DNA from: Candidatus Peribacteria bacterium | GTDB lineage: Bacteria > Patescibacteriota > Gracilibacteria > UBA1369 > UBA12463 | Length of the DNA: 58,950 nucleotides | NCBI GenBank assembly: GCA_943349045.1 | Contig: CALQZC010000001.1 | Location: 1 to 58,950, forward strand | Reading direction: 5' to 3' | Shown here: piece after piece, positions 1 through 9,372 of the stretch | How positions within the stretch are numbered: the stretch's first letter is position 1 | Layout: each line of letters opens with the position of its first letter | Position numbers and translations under genes: made by a program | Notes under the pieces: generated by a model | Databases searched by the model: none | Told to the model about the DNA's origin: nothing | What the model saw: only the letters and a program-made list of their open reading frames with translations

Positions 1-762
1 ATGTGGCGTCGCAAGTTTCTTGGACTTCTTCCAGAAGTGCACAAAAGAAAACTGTATGAACAAAAAGGATTCACCTCCGTGTTTCATTTTGCAAAAGTTA
101 TGGCAGGCGTGAGTGAAGAGCAAGTTTCTCGAGCACTAAACCTCGATCAAGCCTTTGAGCAAATGCCCGCCCTGAAAACGATCCTCAACAACGGCGAGGC
201 CAGCATGCATAAAATCGCAAGAATCGCCTCCATCGCAACTCCAGAAAATCAGGAAGAACTCGCGGAGATGGTGAAAATACTGCCGATGTCAGCGCTCAAA
301 ACATTTGTAAAAGATATTCGAGCAGAAGAAAGTGTGGTCGACCACAAGCCAGAAAATAATCAGCTATTTAAACAAGACACCCTGGAACTCGAGAGCGATA
401 TAACATCTGAGCTTCTGAAACTTCAGCAATCGGGTATTAACATCAATGAAATAATTCGAGAAGCGCTTATACAAAGAAAACAAACTATCGAACAAGAAAA
501 AGAAACGATCAGTAACGAGTGTCAGCCAACCAATTCTCGATACATCCCAGCCAGAACGAGAAAAATTCTCAAAAAAGAGTACGGCACCAAGTGCTCGATA
601 AAGACCTGCAACAAACCATCAGAAGAGCTCCATCACACACAACGTTTCTCCGTCGCAAAAACCCACGACCCAAAGTATCTCGCCCCGCTCTGTAAGGGAC
701 ATCACGTGCTCGCACATACCATGGATGTGAAGTATCACGAAAAACGCCAGATAACTTCGTAA
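1..762 (+). CDS. HNH endonuclease-domain protein, probably 5-prime truncated by the window edge
   Basis: The ORF starts at base 1. It has a C-terminal Cys/His block CSIKTCNKPSEELHHTQRF...LCKGHHVLAHT. By hand alignment roughly half of its residues are identical to ORF 37437..38282, whose homologous region is preceded by about 25 further residues. Confidence 0.7.
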   Translation: MWRRKFLGLLPEVHKRKLYEQKGFTSVFHFAKVMAGVSEEQVSRALNLDQAFEQMPALKTILNNGEASMHKIARIASIATPENQEELAEMVKILPMSALKTFVKDIRAEESVVDHKPENNQLFKQDTLELESDITSELLKLQQSGININEIIREALIQRKQTIEQEKETISNECQPTNSRYIPARTRKILKKEYGTKCSIKTCNKPSEELHHTQRFSVAKTHDPKYLAPLCKGHHVLAHTMDVKYHEKRQITS

Positions 763-884
763 GCAACTCGCCGAAACAACCTCTGGACTCCGCTCCAAAC
801 CCGCGGTAGTATTCCGGAGCTATGGCAATCGTACCTGTACAACTCGGAGACATCTCGGAAGGCGAGACAACGCAGAAACCAGCG

Positions 885-1100
885 ATGAAAATCGTCGTTG
901 ATCGCAAACTCTGCATCGGCGCCGCACCTTGTGTGGCGGTGGCACCAGGTGTCTTTCAACTCGACGAAGAAGAGGGCAAGGCCTACCTCGTCGACCCCGA
1001 CGCATCCGACGAAGAAACCATCATGATGGCTGCAGAAGCCTGTCCAGTGCTCGCAATCAAACTCTTCAAAGAGGCAAAACAGATCTACCCACAACAGTAG
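885..1100 (+). CDS. small ferredoxin (single Fe-S cluster type)
   Basis: MKIVVDRKLCIGAAPCVAVAPGVFQLDEEEGKAYLVD...AAEACPVLAI matches the pattern of small bacterial ferredoxins. The ORF track offers an alternative upstream ATG at 822. Confidence 0.7.
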   Translation: MKIVVDRKLCIGAAPCVAVAPGVFQLDEEEGKAYLVDPDASDEETIMMAAEACPVLAIKLFKEAKQIYPQQ

Positions 1101-1175
1101 TCACCGAAAGTCAATTCAGACTCGTAACTCCCTCTTCACATTTCTCCGCAAGGGTGTATGCTTTTATGAACCTAC

Positions 1176-1223
1176 ATACTACATGTAGTGGCATAAAAAA
1201 TTGAACAACACTACATATTCGAA
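1176..1223 (+). promoter_or_regulatory. two NrdR-box-like 16-mers spaced 32 bp, upstream of nrdJ
   Basis: ATACTACATGTAGTGG (1176..1191) has the perfect palindromic core ACTACATGTAGT. ACACTACATATTCGAA (1208..1223) is the second box. Hand comparison to the NrdR consensus acaCwAtATaTwGtgt gives 12/16 and 11/16. Confidence 0.3.
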
Positions 1224-1410
1224 GAGCGGCAAGAAAATCGTAAGACATTCCATTGATAACGGAAACCCACCCACCTAAGATAAACCTTACAAGAAGGTAA
1301 CAAATTCTTAACTCAAATTTCTTGCGCGGACATACCTAGATGAGGATGTCACCGCATGTCATTGGTCTTCTTGTTCCGTTGCTTACCCTTCTCTTTTTAC
1401 CCCCACCCCT

Positions 1411-3699
1411 ATGGCACAGATACAAAGTATCAAAAAACGCGATGGCCGAGTCGCGGAGTTCAATCAATCGAAGATTGCTGAGGCAATCTGGAAGGCCGCT
1501 GAGTCCGTTGGGGGCTCCGACCGATCCATTGCTGACAAAATCGCCAATCAGGTCACTGCGGTGATCGAGGTTTTTTTCAAAGGCCCAGACGCGATTCCAA
1601 ACGTCGAGCAGATCCAGGATCTCGTTGAAAAAATACTCATCGAGGGTGGTCATGCAAAAACGGCAAAAGCCTACATCCTCTATAGAGCACGACAGGCCCA
1701 GGAGCGTGAACAGACAGAGTCGATTATTGGCAAGGGTAATGCCGATGAACGTCTCAACTTCTCAAACAACGCTCTCGAGGTTCTCAAGCGACGCTATCTT
1801 CTGAAGGATGAGGATGGAAACATTAAAGAAACTCCAAAGCAGCTCATCGAACGTATTGCCAATAATATCGCCCTCGCCGACAAAAACTATGGCGCCAGCG
1901 AAGAAGAGTACCAGGCCACCGCAAAAAAATTCTACGACGTCATGGCAAACCTCGAGTTCATGCCAAACACACCGACGATTATGAATGCAGGAACCGAAAT
2001 TCAGCAGCTCTCTGCCTGTTTCGTGCTACCAGTTCCAGACTCGATCGAGGGCATCTTCGACTCGCTCAAGTACCAGGCCATCATTCATAAATCAGGTGGT
2101 GGAACCGGTTTCGCCTTCTCACGACTCCGACCAGCCAACGATATGGTGAAGTCCACCGCGGGAGTTTCATCAGGTCCGGTCTCATTCATGAAAATCTTCG
2201 ACGCCGCAACACAGGAAATCAAACAGGGAGGCAAACGACGAGGGGCCAATATGGGGATCCTCCGAGTCGATCACCCGGATGTCCTCGACTTCATCGTCTG
2301 CAAAGCCGACATGAAAACCCTCACCAACTTCAATATCTCCGTAGCAATTACGGCGAAGTTTATGGAGGCGCTCAAGAAAGATACCACCTACGATCTCATT
2401 AACCCACGAACGAAAAACGCCTGTGGCCAACTTCGTGCTCGGGAAGTATTCAATCTTATTATTCAGAACGCATGGCTCAACGGCGACCCAGGTCTCGTCT
2501 TCATCGACAACATGAACGCCACCAACCCAGTTCCACACCTCGGTGATATCGAGGCAACGAACCCATGTGGCGAGCAGGATCTCCTCGCATTCGACTCATG
2601 CAACCTCGGCTCCATCGCCGTCAACCGATTCGTCACCGCCGACAAAAAAGATTTTGATTGGAACCGTCTCAAAGAAGCCGTCTACACCACGACCCAGTTC
2701 CTCGACAACGTTATCGACATGAACAGCTATCCGATTCCACAGATTGCCGAGATGTCAAAAAACACTCGACGCATCGGTCTCGGTGTCATGGGCTTCGCCG
2801 ACGCACTCTACCAGATGATGATTCCATACGACGCAGAAGAAGGCCTCGCAAAAGGCGAACAGCTGATGAAATTCATCCGTGATATGTCGATCGAAAAATC
2901 GATCGAGCTCGCAAAGGTTCGTGGAACATTCGGCGCCTACAAAGGCTCAACGTGGGAGAAAAAGGGCATCAAGATCCGAAACTCCTACACGACCACCGTC
3001 GCTCCAACCGGAACAATCGGTATGATCGCTGAGGCAAGTGGTGGTCTCGAACCGAACTTCGCCATCTGTTTCATCAAGAACGTCATGGACGGAACCGAGC
3101 TCATCTATACCAATAGCTACTTTGAAGAAATCGCGAAGGAACGGGGATTCTACTCGAAAGAGCTCATGGCAGAAATTGCCAAGATTGGAACCGTCCAAGG
3201 ATTTACGGAAGAAATTCCAGAAGACGTTCGACGAGTCTTCGTCACCGCTCAGGATATCTCTCCAGAAAATCATATCCGTATGCAGGCCGCCTTCCAGAGA
3301 CACGTCTGCGCATCAGTTTCAAAGACGATCAACTTCCCACACTCTGCCTCAATGCAGGATGTCGAAAAGGCCTACATTCTCGCCTACGATCTCAACTGCA
3401 AGGGTGTCACAATCTACCGAGACGGCTCACGAGACGCTCAGGTCCTGAACATTGGAAAGGTCAGACGAAGCGCAGCGGAGTCCGTTCCCGTTCTCTCCCC
3501 CGCACCCGCACCCCTTATAGAAAAGCGAGTCGCCGAGTTCATCCTTCCTCCAGTACGCGAACACCAGAAGGTTGAGAAAATGAAGTCAAAGCATGAACTG
3601 ATCGCTGACAAAGAGTGCCCAGAGTGCCAAGGCCAGGTTCAAATCGCCGAAGGCTGTATGCTCTGCCTCAGCTGTGGCTTTTCAGCTTGCAGCGTATAG
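1411..3699 (+). CDS. nrdJ: class II (adenosylcobalamin-dependent) ribonucleotide reductase with N-terminal ATP-cone
   Basis: 762 aa. It has the ATP-cone start KKRDGRVAEFNQSKIAEAI, the catalytic motif TNPCGEQ, and the C-terminal zinc ribbon CPECQGQ...CMLCLSCGFSAC typical of NrdJ. Confidence 0.9.
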   Translation: MAQIQSIKKRDGRVAEFNQSKIAEAIWKAAESVGGSDRSIADKIANQVTAVIEVFFKGPDAIPNVEQIQDLVEKILIEGGHAKTAKAYILYRARQAQEREQTESIIGKGNADERLNFSNNALEVLKRRYLLKDEDGNIKETPKQLIERIANNIALADKNYGASEEEYQATAKKFYDVMANLEFMPNTPTIMNAGTEIQQLSACFVLPVPDSIEGIFDSLKYQAIIHKSGGGTGFAFSRLRPANDMVKSTAGVSSGPVSFMKIFDAATQEIKQGGKRRGANMGILRVDHPDVLDFIVCKADMKTLTNFNISVAITAKFMEALKKDTTYDLINPRTKNACGQLRAREVFNLIIQNAWLNGDPGLVFIDNMNATNPVPHLGDIEATNPCGEQDLLAFDSCNLGSIAVNRFVTADKKDFDWNRLKEAVYTTTQFLDNVIDMNSYPIPQIAEMSKNTRRIGLGVMGFADALYQMMIPYDAEEGLAKGEQLMKFIRDMSIEKSIELAKVRGTFGAYKGSTWEKKGIKIRNSYTTTVAPTGTIGMIAEASGGLEPNFAICFIKNVMDGTELIYTNSYFEEIAKERGFYSKELMAEIAKIGTVQGFTEEIPEDVRRVFVTAQDISPENHIRMQAAFQRHVCASVSKTINFPHSASMQDVEKAYILAYDLNCKGVTIYRDGSRDAQVLNIGKVRRSAAESVPVLSPAPAPLIEKRVAEFILPPVREHQKVEKMKSKHELIADKECPECQGQVQIAEGCMLCLSCGFSACSV

Positions 3700-3709
3700 C
3701 ACCAAACCC

Positions 3710-3737
3710 TTGCATTTTCTAGAAAACATGATACAAT
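3710..3737 (+). promoter_or_regulatory. sigma70-type promoter for gene 3768
   Basis: TTGCAT (3710..3715), 16-bp spacer, TACAAT (3732..3737), 30 nt before the ATG. Confidence 0.5.
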
Positions 3738-3767
3738 AACAAACCTCGGGCATAAAACTCGAGTATT

Positions 3768-6299
3768 ATGGCCCGAAACGCACCCTCAAAATTAGGAGAA
3801 GAAGACGATCTGTCCCCAGCAGACAAGCAGATTGAAGATCTCGAAAATCGAAAAAAAGACGCTGATACCGTCCTCCATGAAAATAAAGCCTTCCAGGGCA
3901 TCTACGCTGATGCCCGGAAGCAGCTTCAGAAAAATGGTACCGCCCTCAGTGAAAAAGAGCGTAAGGATTTTGAGGACAAGCTCGTGATCGCCAATCAGGA
4001 TCGCGACCCAAAAAAAATTGCCGCCATTCAGAAACACATCGACGATACCATCAGCGAAACGCACAAACTCACCGCAGAGTACTTCGCCGGTCTCGACAAA
4101 AACAAGGAGCTCTTTGGAAAAGATACCGCGCGTCGCCTCGACACGCTTCAGGAGTATAAGGACGAGTTCGGAAAACAGACGATCGACAAGAAACGTGAGT
4201 GGCACGGAAAACTGGGTGAGGAGGTCAAGTCGCTGAAAGAAATTCGGGACCAGTTGGTCAAGACGATTGGAAGTGGCAAAGAGGCCGAGGGATATATGGA
4301 GCAGTTCAACAAACTTCGACGCACGGAGAAAAAGGACTATCTCAAAGAGGTAAAGACAAGTGTTGAGGGCTTCAAAAAAGCCGTCGACGCATTCAAGAAA
4401 TCGGGCCTCTACAGCGATGAGGAGCTCAAGGATATGAGCGTCCGCTTCCGCGAGGCACCACTCGACAAGCAGAAGAAATTGCTGGCCGAATATGAAGAGG
4501 ATGCCAAGAGTGATTCGATCAAATCCGTACAGACGACCTTCAAAAAATTCTCACCAGAAACCCAGAAGCGCTACGAAGAGACGCTCAAAAAAGCACGAGG
4601 CCTCAAGGCAAAAAAGGAGGTCATCGAGCAGATGAAACAGGGTCTTCGCGACAAGCTCATCAAGATGACGCAGGACTCCAAGTATCAGAGTACCGAAGAA
4701 AAAAGCCAGGTGCTCAGCATTGAAAAAGAAGATCGACCCGAGATGCTCGAGATGTTCGTGAAGGGATTTCCAGCGGCAGAAAAGAAACTCATGGAGTTCG
4801 CAAAGGTCTATGAATCGATGCCAGTGAACGTTCAGGCACAATATGACTTCAAAAACTCGCACTACGGTGACAAGGAAAAGATCGCCGAAGACTGTAAGAA
4901 GCATGGCGAAAAAATTAAGCAGTGGAATAAAAAGCTCGAGGATAAGGTAAAGGCCAGACATATCAGCGAGGCGAGTGCCGAGAAATACAAGCCGCGATTT
5001 GAGAAGCTCAGCCTGAGAGACAAAGATGCCACACTCAGACAATCAACGCTTGATGATCCACGTCGCGCAAAAGTTCTGCAGCGCTTCGAGAATGAAAACA
5101 TCATTCCAAAAGAGATGCAGGAGAAGCACAAACAGTTCTACAACATGCGACTCGAAGATCGACTCAAGCTCGTCGACGAACTCGAGAAGGGTATCGAAAA
5201 GACCGATATGATCAAGCATGACTGGAGCGCAAAACTCAACGATCTCGTCGAGCGACACCTCCTCTCGCCAGAAAGCGTCGACTCGTATCAAAAGTGGTTC
5301 TCTGAACTCGAGAACCCAAAGGAGATGGAAAAGGCGCTGGAAAAATCAGACATCGACAATCCACAACGAGAAAAAGTACTGGAGACCTTCCAGAAACTGC
5401 CCGATGACGTACGAGCCAAGCATGAAAATATGTTTTACCAGCAAGATCTCACTGGTCGTATTGAGACCCTTCGTACCCTCCTTCCAGACGGTGGCGCACA
5501 ACTCGAACTTGCGCTCTCAAGCATGGCAGAGGCTCAGAAGTTAACCGAAAACCTGGAGAATCACACGAAACTTCAAACCTATCGCGACCTCGCAAACGAC
5601 TTCAAAAAAGATGGAAATCGCAAGGCGGAGATCGAGATTCGAGGAAAAATTGCGGAGATTGAAGAAGATGATGAAGCAAACAACGAGCGACTCGAAGAGC
5701 TGAAGATGCTCGAAAATCCGGACAGCCAGTTTATTGGAAATATGCTGACGCAGGTTCGGGATCAGGCAGGTATGCAGGATGAACTCATGGCGAACAAAAT
5801 CATGTTTGAGATCGCCGATCGTGCACACGCGCATGAGATTCACAGTAAGCGACGAGGGATGGAATCCCGAGTCGCGGCCAATGATAATGTGGAGTATGCA
5901 AACTTATCGGAAGCCATATATGAGCACAGCGAAGGTGAAAAAATGCTCGATGCAGAAACAGGAAAAGCAATCGACATGCAGGTCTTTGACGAGGCAGACA
6001 TGCTCCAGAATCACAACGTCGCCAGCATCCAGAAACACCGAAACCGTTTCAAGGCCGATGGCGAGCGAATGACCGATACACCTTCACGTCTGGGCCAGTA
6101 TGGCGTTCGGGACAAGTCAGGCAAGGAGCTCGTGGGCGATGAACTCGTCAGGTACAAGATAGAAAACGCCACCAAGCTCGCGGAAAAAATTCTCAGTATT
6201 GGTTCAAAAGGCCAGATTAAGGGCAAACCAAGTCCCGAGGCCGTCGCCGAAGTTCTCAAGGCGATGGACGAAAACGAAGGTCTACGGCTCGCCGCCTAA
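3768..6299 (+). CDS. large K/E-rich coiled-coil protein of unknown function with internal repeats
   Basis: 843-aa uninterrupted ORF with highly charged, helical-looking composition. A module is repeated (D-[DN]-P-x-R-x-K-V-L-x-x-F ... K-H ... [FY]) at about nt 5040 and nt 5346. Confidence 0.75.
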   Translation: MARNAPSKLGEEDDLSPADKQIEDLENRKKDADTVLHENKAFQGIYADARKQLQKNGTALSEKERKDFEDKLVIANQDRDPKKIAAIQKHIDDTISETHKLTAEYFAGLDKNKELFGKDTARRLDTLQEYKDEFGKQTIDKKREWHGKLGEEVKSLKEIRDQLVKTIGSGKEAEGYMEQFNKLRRTEKKDYLKEVKTSVEGFKKAVDAFKKSGLYSDEELKDMSVRFREAPLDKQKKLLAEYEEDAKSDSIKSVQTTFKKFSPETQKRYEETLKKARGLKAKKEVIEQMKQGLRDKLIKMTQDSKYQSTEEKSQVLSIEKEDRPEMLEMFVKGFPAAEKKLMEFAKVYESMPVNVQAQYDFKNSHYGDKEKIAEDCKKHGEKIKQWNKKLEDKVKARHISEASAEKYKPRFEKLSLRDKDATLRQSTLDDPRRAKVLQRFENENIIPKEMQEKHKQFYNMRLEDRLKLVDELEKGIEKTDMIKHDWSAKLNDLVERHLLSPESVDSYQKWFSELENPKEMEKALEKSDIDNPQREKVLETFQKLPDDVRAKHENMFYQQDLTGRIETLRTLLPDGGAQLELALSSMAEAQKLTENLENHTKLQTYRDLANDFKKDGNRKAEIEIRGKIAEIEEDDEANNERLEELKMLENPDSQFIGNMLTQVRDQAGMQDELMANKIMFEIADRAHAHEIHSKRRGMESRVAANDNVEYANLSEAIYEHSEGEKMLDAETGKAIDMQVFDEADMLQNHNVASIQKHRNRFKADGERMTDTPSRLGQYGVRDKSGKELVGDELVRYKIENATKLAEKILSIGSKGQIKGKPSPEAVAEVLKAMDENEGLRLAA

Positions 6300-7680
6300 A
6301 GTCCCAGCATGTTATCAAAACCGCATAGTACGCCACCGCGACAAGGCCGCTCATTGATGGTACCTGAACCACAGCAAACGGCAGATGTGCAAACAGGTGG
6401 ATACCCTGGAAATAGAGGTCAATGAGGATGGAGCCGAGCCGCCCGATGAGGGCGGCGAGGGGAAAGAATATCCAGCTCATGAAAAATACCGACACACCCA
6501 GAATCATAAAAAAGGGAATAAACGGCACAAAGACAATATTCGTCACGAGTCCAATAAGCGAAAACTGCTCGAACGAAAACAGCACTGGTAAGGTACAGAG
6601 ATAGACCGCAAGGGTTGAGAAAAATGCCAAAAAAATAAAGTTTTTTCCCGTGTAGAGGAGTGGTGCCACATACGAAACCCCAATCGTCGCCAAAAACGAA
6701 AGTTGGAATCCGCGATCCTCAAGTAAAACTGTAGGATCATAGAGCACCATAAAAAATCCACTCCAGAGAATCGCCAGAAAAAGGCCTCGCTTGCGACCCG
6801 ACACCAACGCAAAAACCGTAAGAAAACCCATCAGCGCCGCCCTCACCGCCGAGGCACTCGCCCCGACAAACAGCACAAAGATCACCAAAAAGATCGTCAT
6901 AGGAATGAGCTTATGGCGGCGCGACACCCGTGCCCAAGTCATCACAAACATCAATACCTGCAGCACCAACGCCACATTGTACCCCGACACGGCCACAATA
7001 TGCGTCAGCCCCGTTGCCCGCACATCCTGCGAGACTTCCCGACTCAGCCCCCGAGTTCCGCCCGCGATAATTCCCACGAGAAACCCACCCACACTCCCCG
7101 GAAACAGCCGCTGCATCTGCTCAACCACAGCCTTCCGCGCATCAAAAATCACCCCCAGCACCCCATCCGGATCACGCACCGCCACGACAACAGGCCGATC
7201 AATAAAGACGCTTCCCGTCTCAAAACTCTGCTCATCAACCACCACCCTCCCCTTGGCGATCATGAGCTGGCCCCGCCAATACTCCGGGTATCGTGCGACC
7301 TTCATCCGCACCTCCCCACCCCGCGCATCATCCCAGATCGTCACAAAACTCGCCGTCTCACGCATCACCGGGTCGTTCACAATTTCACCACTCACCACCA
7401 CCTGCCCCTCTCCCACAAACGATCTCACAAAATCCTGCCGCTCTTCATACACATAATCCGCACGCATCCATCCACCACCGAACAACACCAGGCACACCAC
7501 GAAACTCAACCACGAAACCCGCTCCCCGCGAGCTCTAGCAAGAGTTTCCCTTGGGGACTCCCGAAAAACCCAGTATCCACAGCCAAAAACCGCAATCACC
7601 GAAAACCAAGCATGACCAGCGCCGCCCACGACGCCACACAAAAAAGATAGGAGTACAAGTTCAAGATGTATCTTGCTCAT
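6256..7680 (-). CDS. comEC: ComEC/Rec2-family DNA internalization channel (membrane core only, no beta-lactamase-fold domain)
   Basis: 474-aa polytopic membrane protein. GLTHIVAVSGYNVALVL resembles the conserved ComEC competence-domain motif. Confidence 0.75.
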   Translation of the reverse strand: MSKIHLELVLLSFLCGVVGGAGHAWFSVIAVFGCGYWVFRESPRETLARARGERVSWLSFVVCLVLFGGGWMRADYVYEERQDFVRSFVGEGQVVVSGEIVNDPVMRETASFVTIWDDARGGEVRMKVARYPEYWRGQLMIAKGRVVVDEQSFETGSVFIDRPVVVAVRDPDGVLGVIFDARKAVVEQMQRLFPGSVGGFLVGIIAGGTRGLSREVSQDVRATGLTHIVAVSGYNVALVLQVLMFVMTWARVSRRHKLIPMTIFLVIFVLFVGASASAVRAALMGFLTVFALVSGRKRGLFLAILWSGFFMVLYDPTVLLEDRGFQLSFLATIGVSYVAPLLYTGKNFIFLAFFSTLAVYLCTLPVLFSFEQFSLIGLVTNIVFVPFIPFFMILGVSVFFMSWIFFPLAALIGRLGSILIDLYFQGIHLFAHLPFAVVQVPSMSGLVAVAYYAVLITCWDFRRRAVDLRFRPSP

Positions 7681-7734
7681 ACCCCTACCCTATCAATTCC
7701 ATCTAACATCCATATAAAATTTTCCTTACATCAC

Positions 7735-8748
7735 CTACTTTTTTATCTTTTCGCCCGTGGAAGGATCCTTCCCTGCTTCAACCGGATCCTGTAGCTCAGG
7801 CATACCTCCCATCATACTTCCGAGCATTCCGAAGAGGTCAAACTCCTCAGCAACAGCCGGCTCTTTCACAACCACGACTTTTCCAAAATTAAAGTAGGTA
7901 AGATCAATAGTTGCCGAACCCTTACCAACTGATTTACCCGCGTCTCCAATCAGCTTATTGAGTTTGAAATCAAGTTTTACCTGATTCAATGTCTGCGTAT
8001 CCATTGTGATCCAATAATCGATATCGACCGTCGCATTGGCAAAGGACTCATTGAGATCCTGTTTCTCCTGTGCCGTCATCTCATTTCCCTGCTCAGCAAG
8101 ATACTTTTCAAGCTCAGCCTTCACCTTCACACGGTCAATCTGCGCACGATAGTGGTAGCTTTTCAAACCACGAATCGCATCAACGCCTTTGTAGGAAATA
8201 TCAGTAAGATAGAGAGCCGCATCTTTCATCGCCTGCTGAATTTTGGCGGTATAAGGGACGCCGGCCGCACCAGAAAGCTCGTCGGCATAATTTTCCGGAA
8301 GGGGAATTTTCCACCACTTGCCAATGACACCAGAAACCATCTCCTGAGGAATTTCCTTTCCACTCAATACCTGAAGAGCCACAAAAAGATTCTTCTGATT
8401 TCCTCGAATTTCAGCACCAAAATCATATTTATCCTGATTCATGATTAAACTTGCAGTAATCAATGAGTTAACATCAAATGTCTTCTTCGTAAGATCCGAG
8501 CTTGAATCTCCAGTCATTTTCATATCAAATCGAATATTTTGTGCCTTGCCAGTCTCATCTTTTCCGTTCAAATGAAGATTCATCTTCGTTTCAGACTCAT
8601 GTGATGGAGCGGCCATAAGGTTCGAAGCACCCGCCTGAAGCATCGCAACTGCCTCCATCGGAGGTTTCGGAGCGAACCAAGCGCAACCAGAAGAAAGTGC
8701 CAACACCCCAACTAAACTCAAACCCGCTATCTGTCGATTAAAAGACAT
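7735..8748 (-). CDS. lipoprotein of unknown function
   Basis: Signal peptide with lipobox LALSSGC at the N-terminus. 337-aa ORF with no recognisable catalytic motif. Confidence 0.65.
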   Translation of the reverse strand: MSFNRQIAGLSLVGVLALSSGCAWFAPKPPMEAVAMLQAGASNLMAAPSHESETKMNLHLNGKDETGKAQNIRFDMKMTGDSSSDLTKKTFDVNSLITASLIMNQDKYDFGAEIRGNQKNLFVALQVLSGKEIPQEMVSGVIGKWWKIPLPENYADELSGAAGVPYTAKIQQAMKDAALYLTDISYKGVDAIRGLKSYHYRAQIDRVKVKAELEKYLAEQGNEMTAQEKQDLNESFANATVDIDYWITMDTQTLNQVKLDFKLNKLIGDAGKSVGKGSATIDLTYFNFGKVVVVKEPAVAEEFDLFGMLGSMMGGMPELQDPVEAGKDPSTGEKIKK

Positions 8749-8830
8749 ACAACATATTTAAAAAATATAGCTTCACCATGGTATCATGTATACTTGCCCA
8801 TGCAAAGCACTACCTATTTACAACATTTCT

Positions 8831-9277
8831 ATGGATCTCAAAGAACGCATTCAACAAGATCTCATCACCGCCATGAAGGCAAAAAACGAGGTTGCAACCT
8901 CCGCAATCCGTCTCCTGAAAACCGCCATCATGCGCTTCGAAACCACGGGTGATAAAAAAATCGCCACCGACGCCGATATCATTCAGCTCGCTGGAAAAGA
9001 GCTCAAACAGCGCCGCGACTCCATCGAGCAGTTCGAAAAAGGTGGCCGCCCAGAACTCGCCGCCAGAGAAAAAGAAGAAATCACCGTCCTCGAAACCTAC
9101 CTCCCAACCCAACTCTCCGAAGATGAGGTCCGCACGATCGTGAAAGAGGTCATCGCCTCAACCGGTGCATCCGGAAAATCAGACCTCGGAAAAGTCATGG
9201 GCGCCCTCATGCCAAAAACAAAAGGCAAAGCCGACGGCGGCATGGTCAACCGCATCGTCCAAGAATTGCTCAGCTAA
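8831..9277 (+). CDS. GatB/YqeY domain protein
   Basis: MDLKERIQQDLITAMKAKNEVATSAIRLLKTAI... is typical of YqeY family proteins. I chose the internal ATG at 8831 over the track start at 8786. Confidence 0.8.
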   Translation: MDLKERIQQDLITAMKAKNEVATSAIRLLKTAIMRFETTGDKKIATDADIIQLAGKELKQRRDSIEQFEKGGRPELAAREKEEITVLETYLPTQLSEDEVRTIVKEVIASTGASGKSDLGKVMGALMPKTKGKADGGMVNRIVQELLS

Positions 9278-9372
9278 AAAAGTTACACACCCACGGATCC
9301 ATCCCGAATATCAACAATTCCACGATCAGACGGAGGTGCTTCCGGTGTTCCAAGGGTATGAACCGCGGCAAG

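Noticed and set aside
1224-1410. Cobalamin riboswitch in the long nrdJ leader
   Set aside because: I could not find a B12-box-like core or the conserved paired elements. I see only an unstructured-looking leader. It needs an Infernal scan to be sure.
6791-7650. Plus-strand ORFs of 221 and 245 aa rich in Pro/His/Thr/Arg
   Set aside because: They are antisense to the comEC membrane protein, have low-complexity composition, and show no motif. They are typical shadow ORFs.
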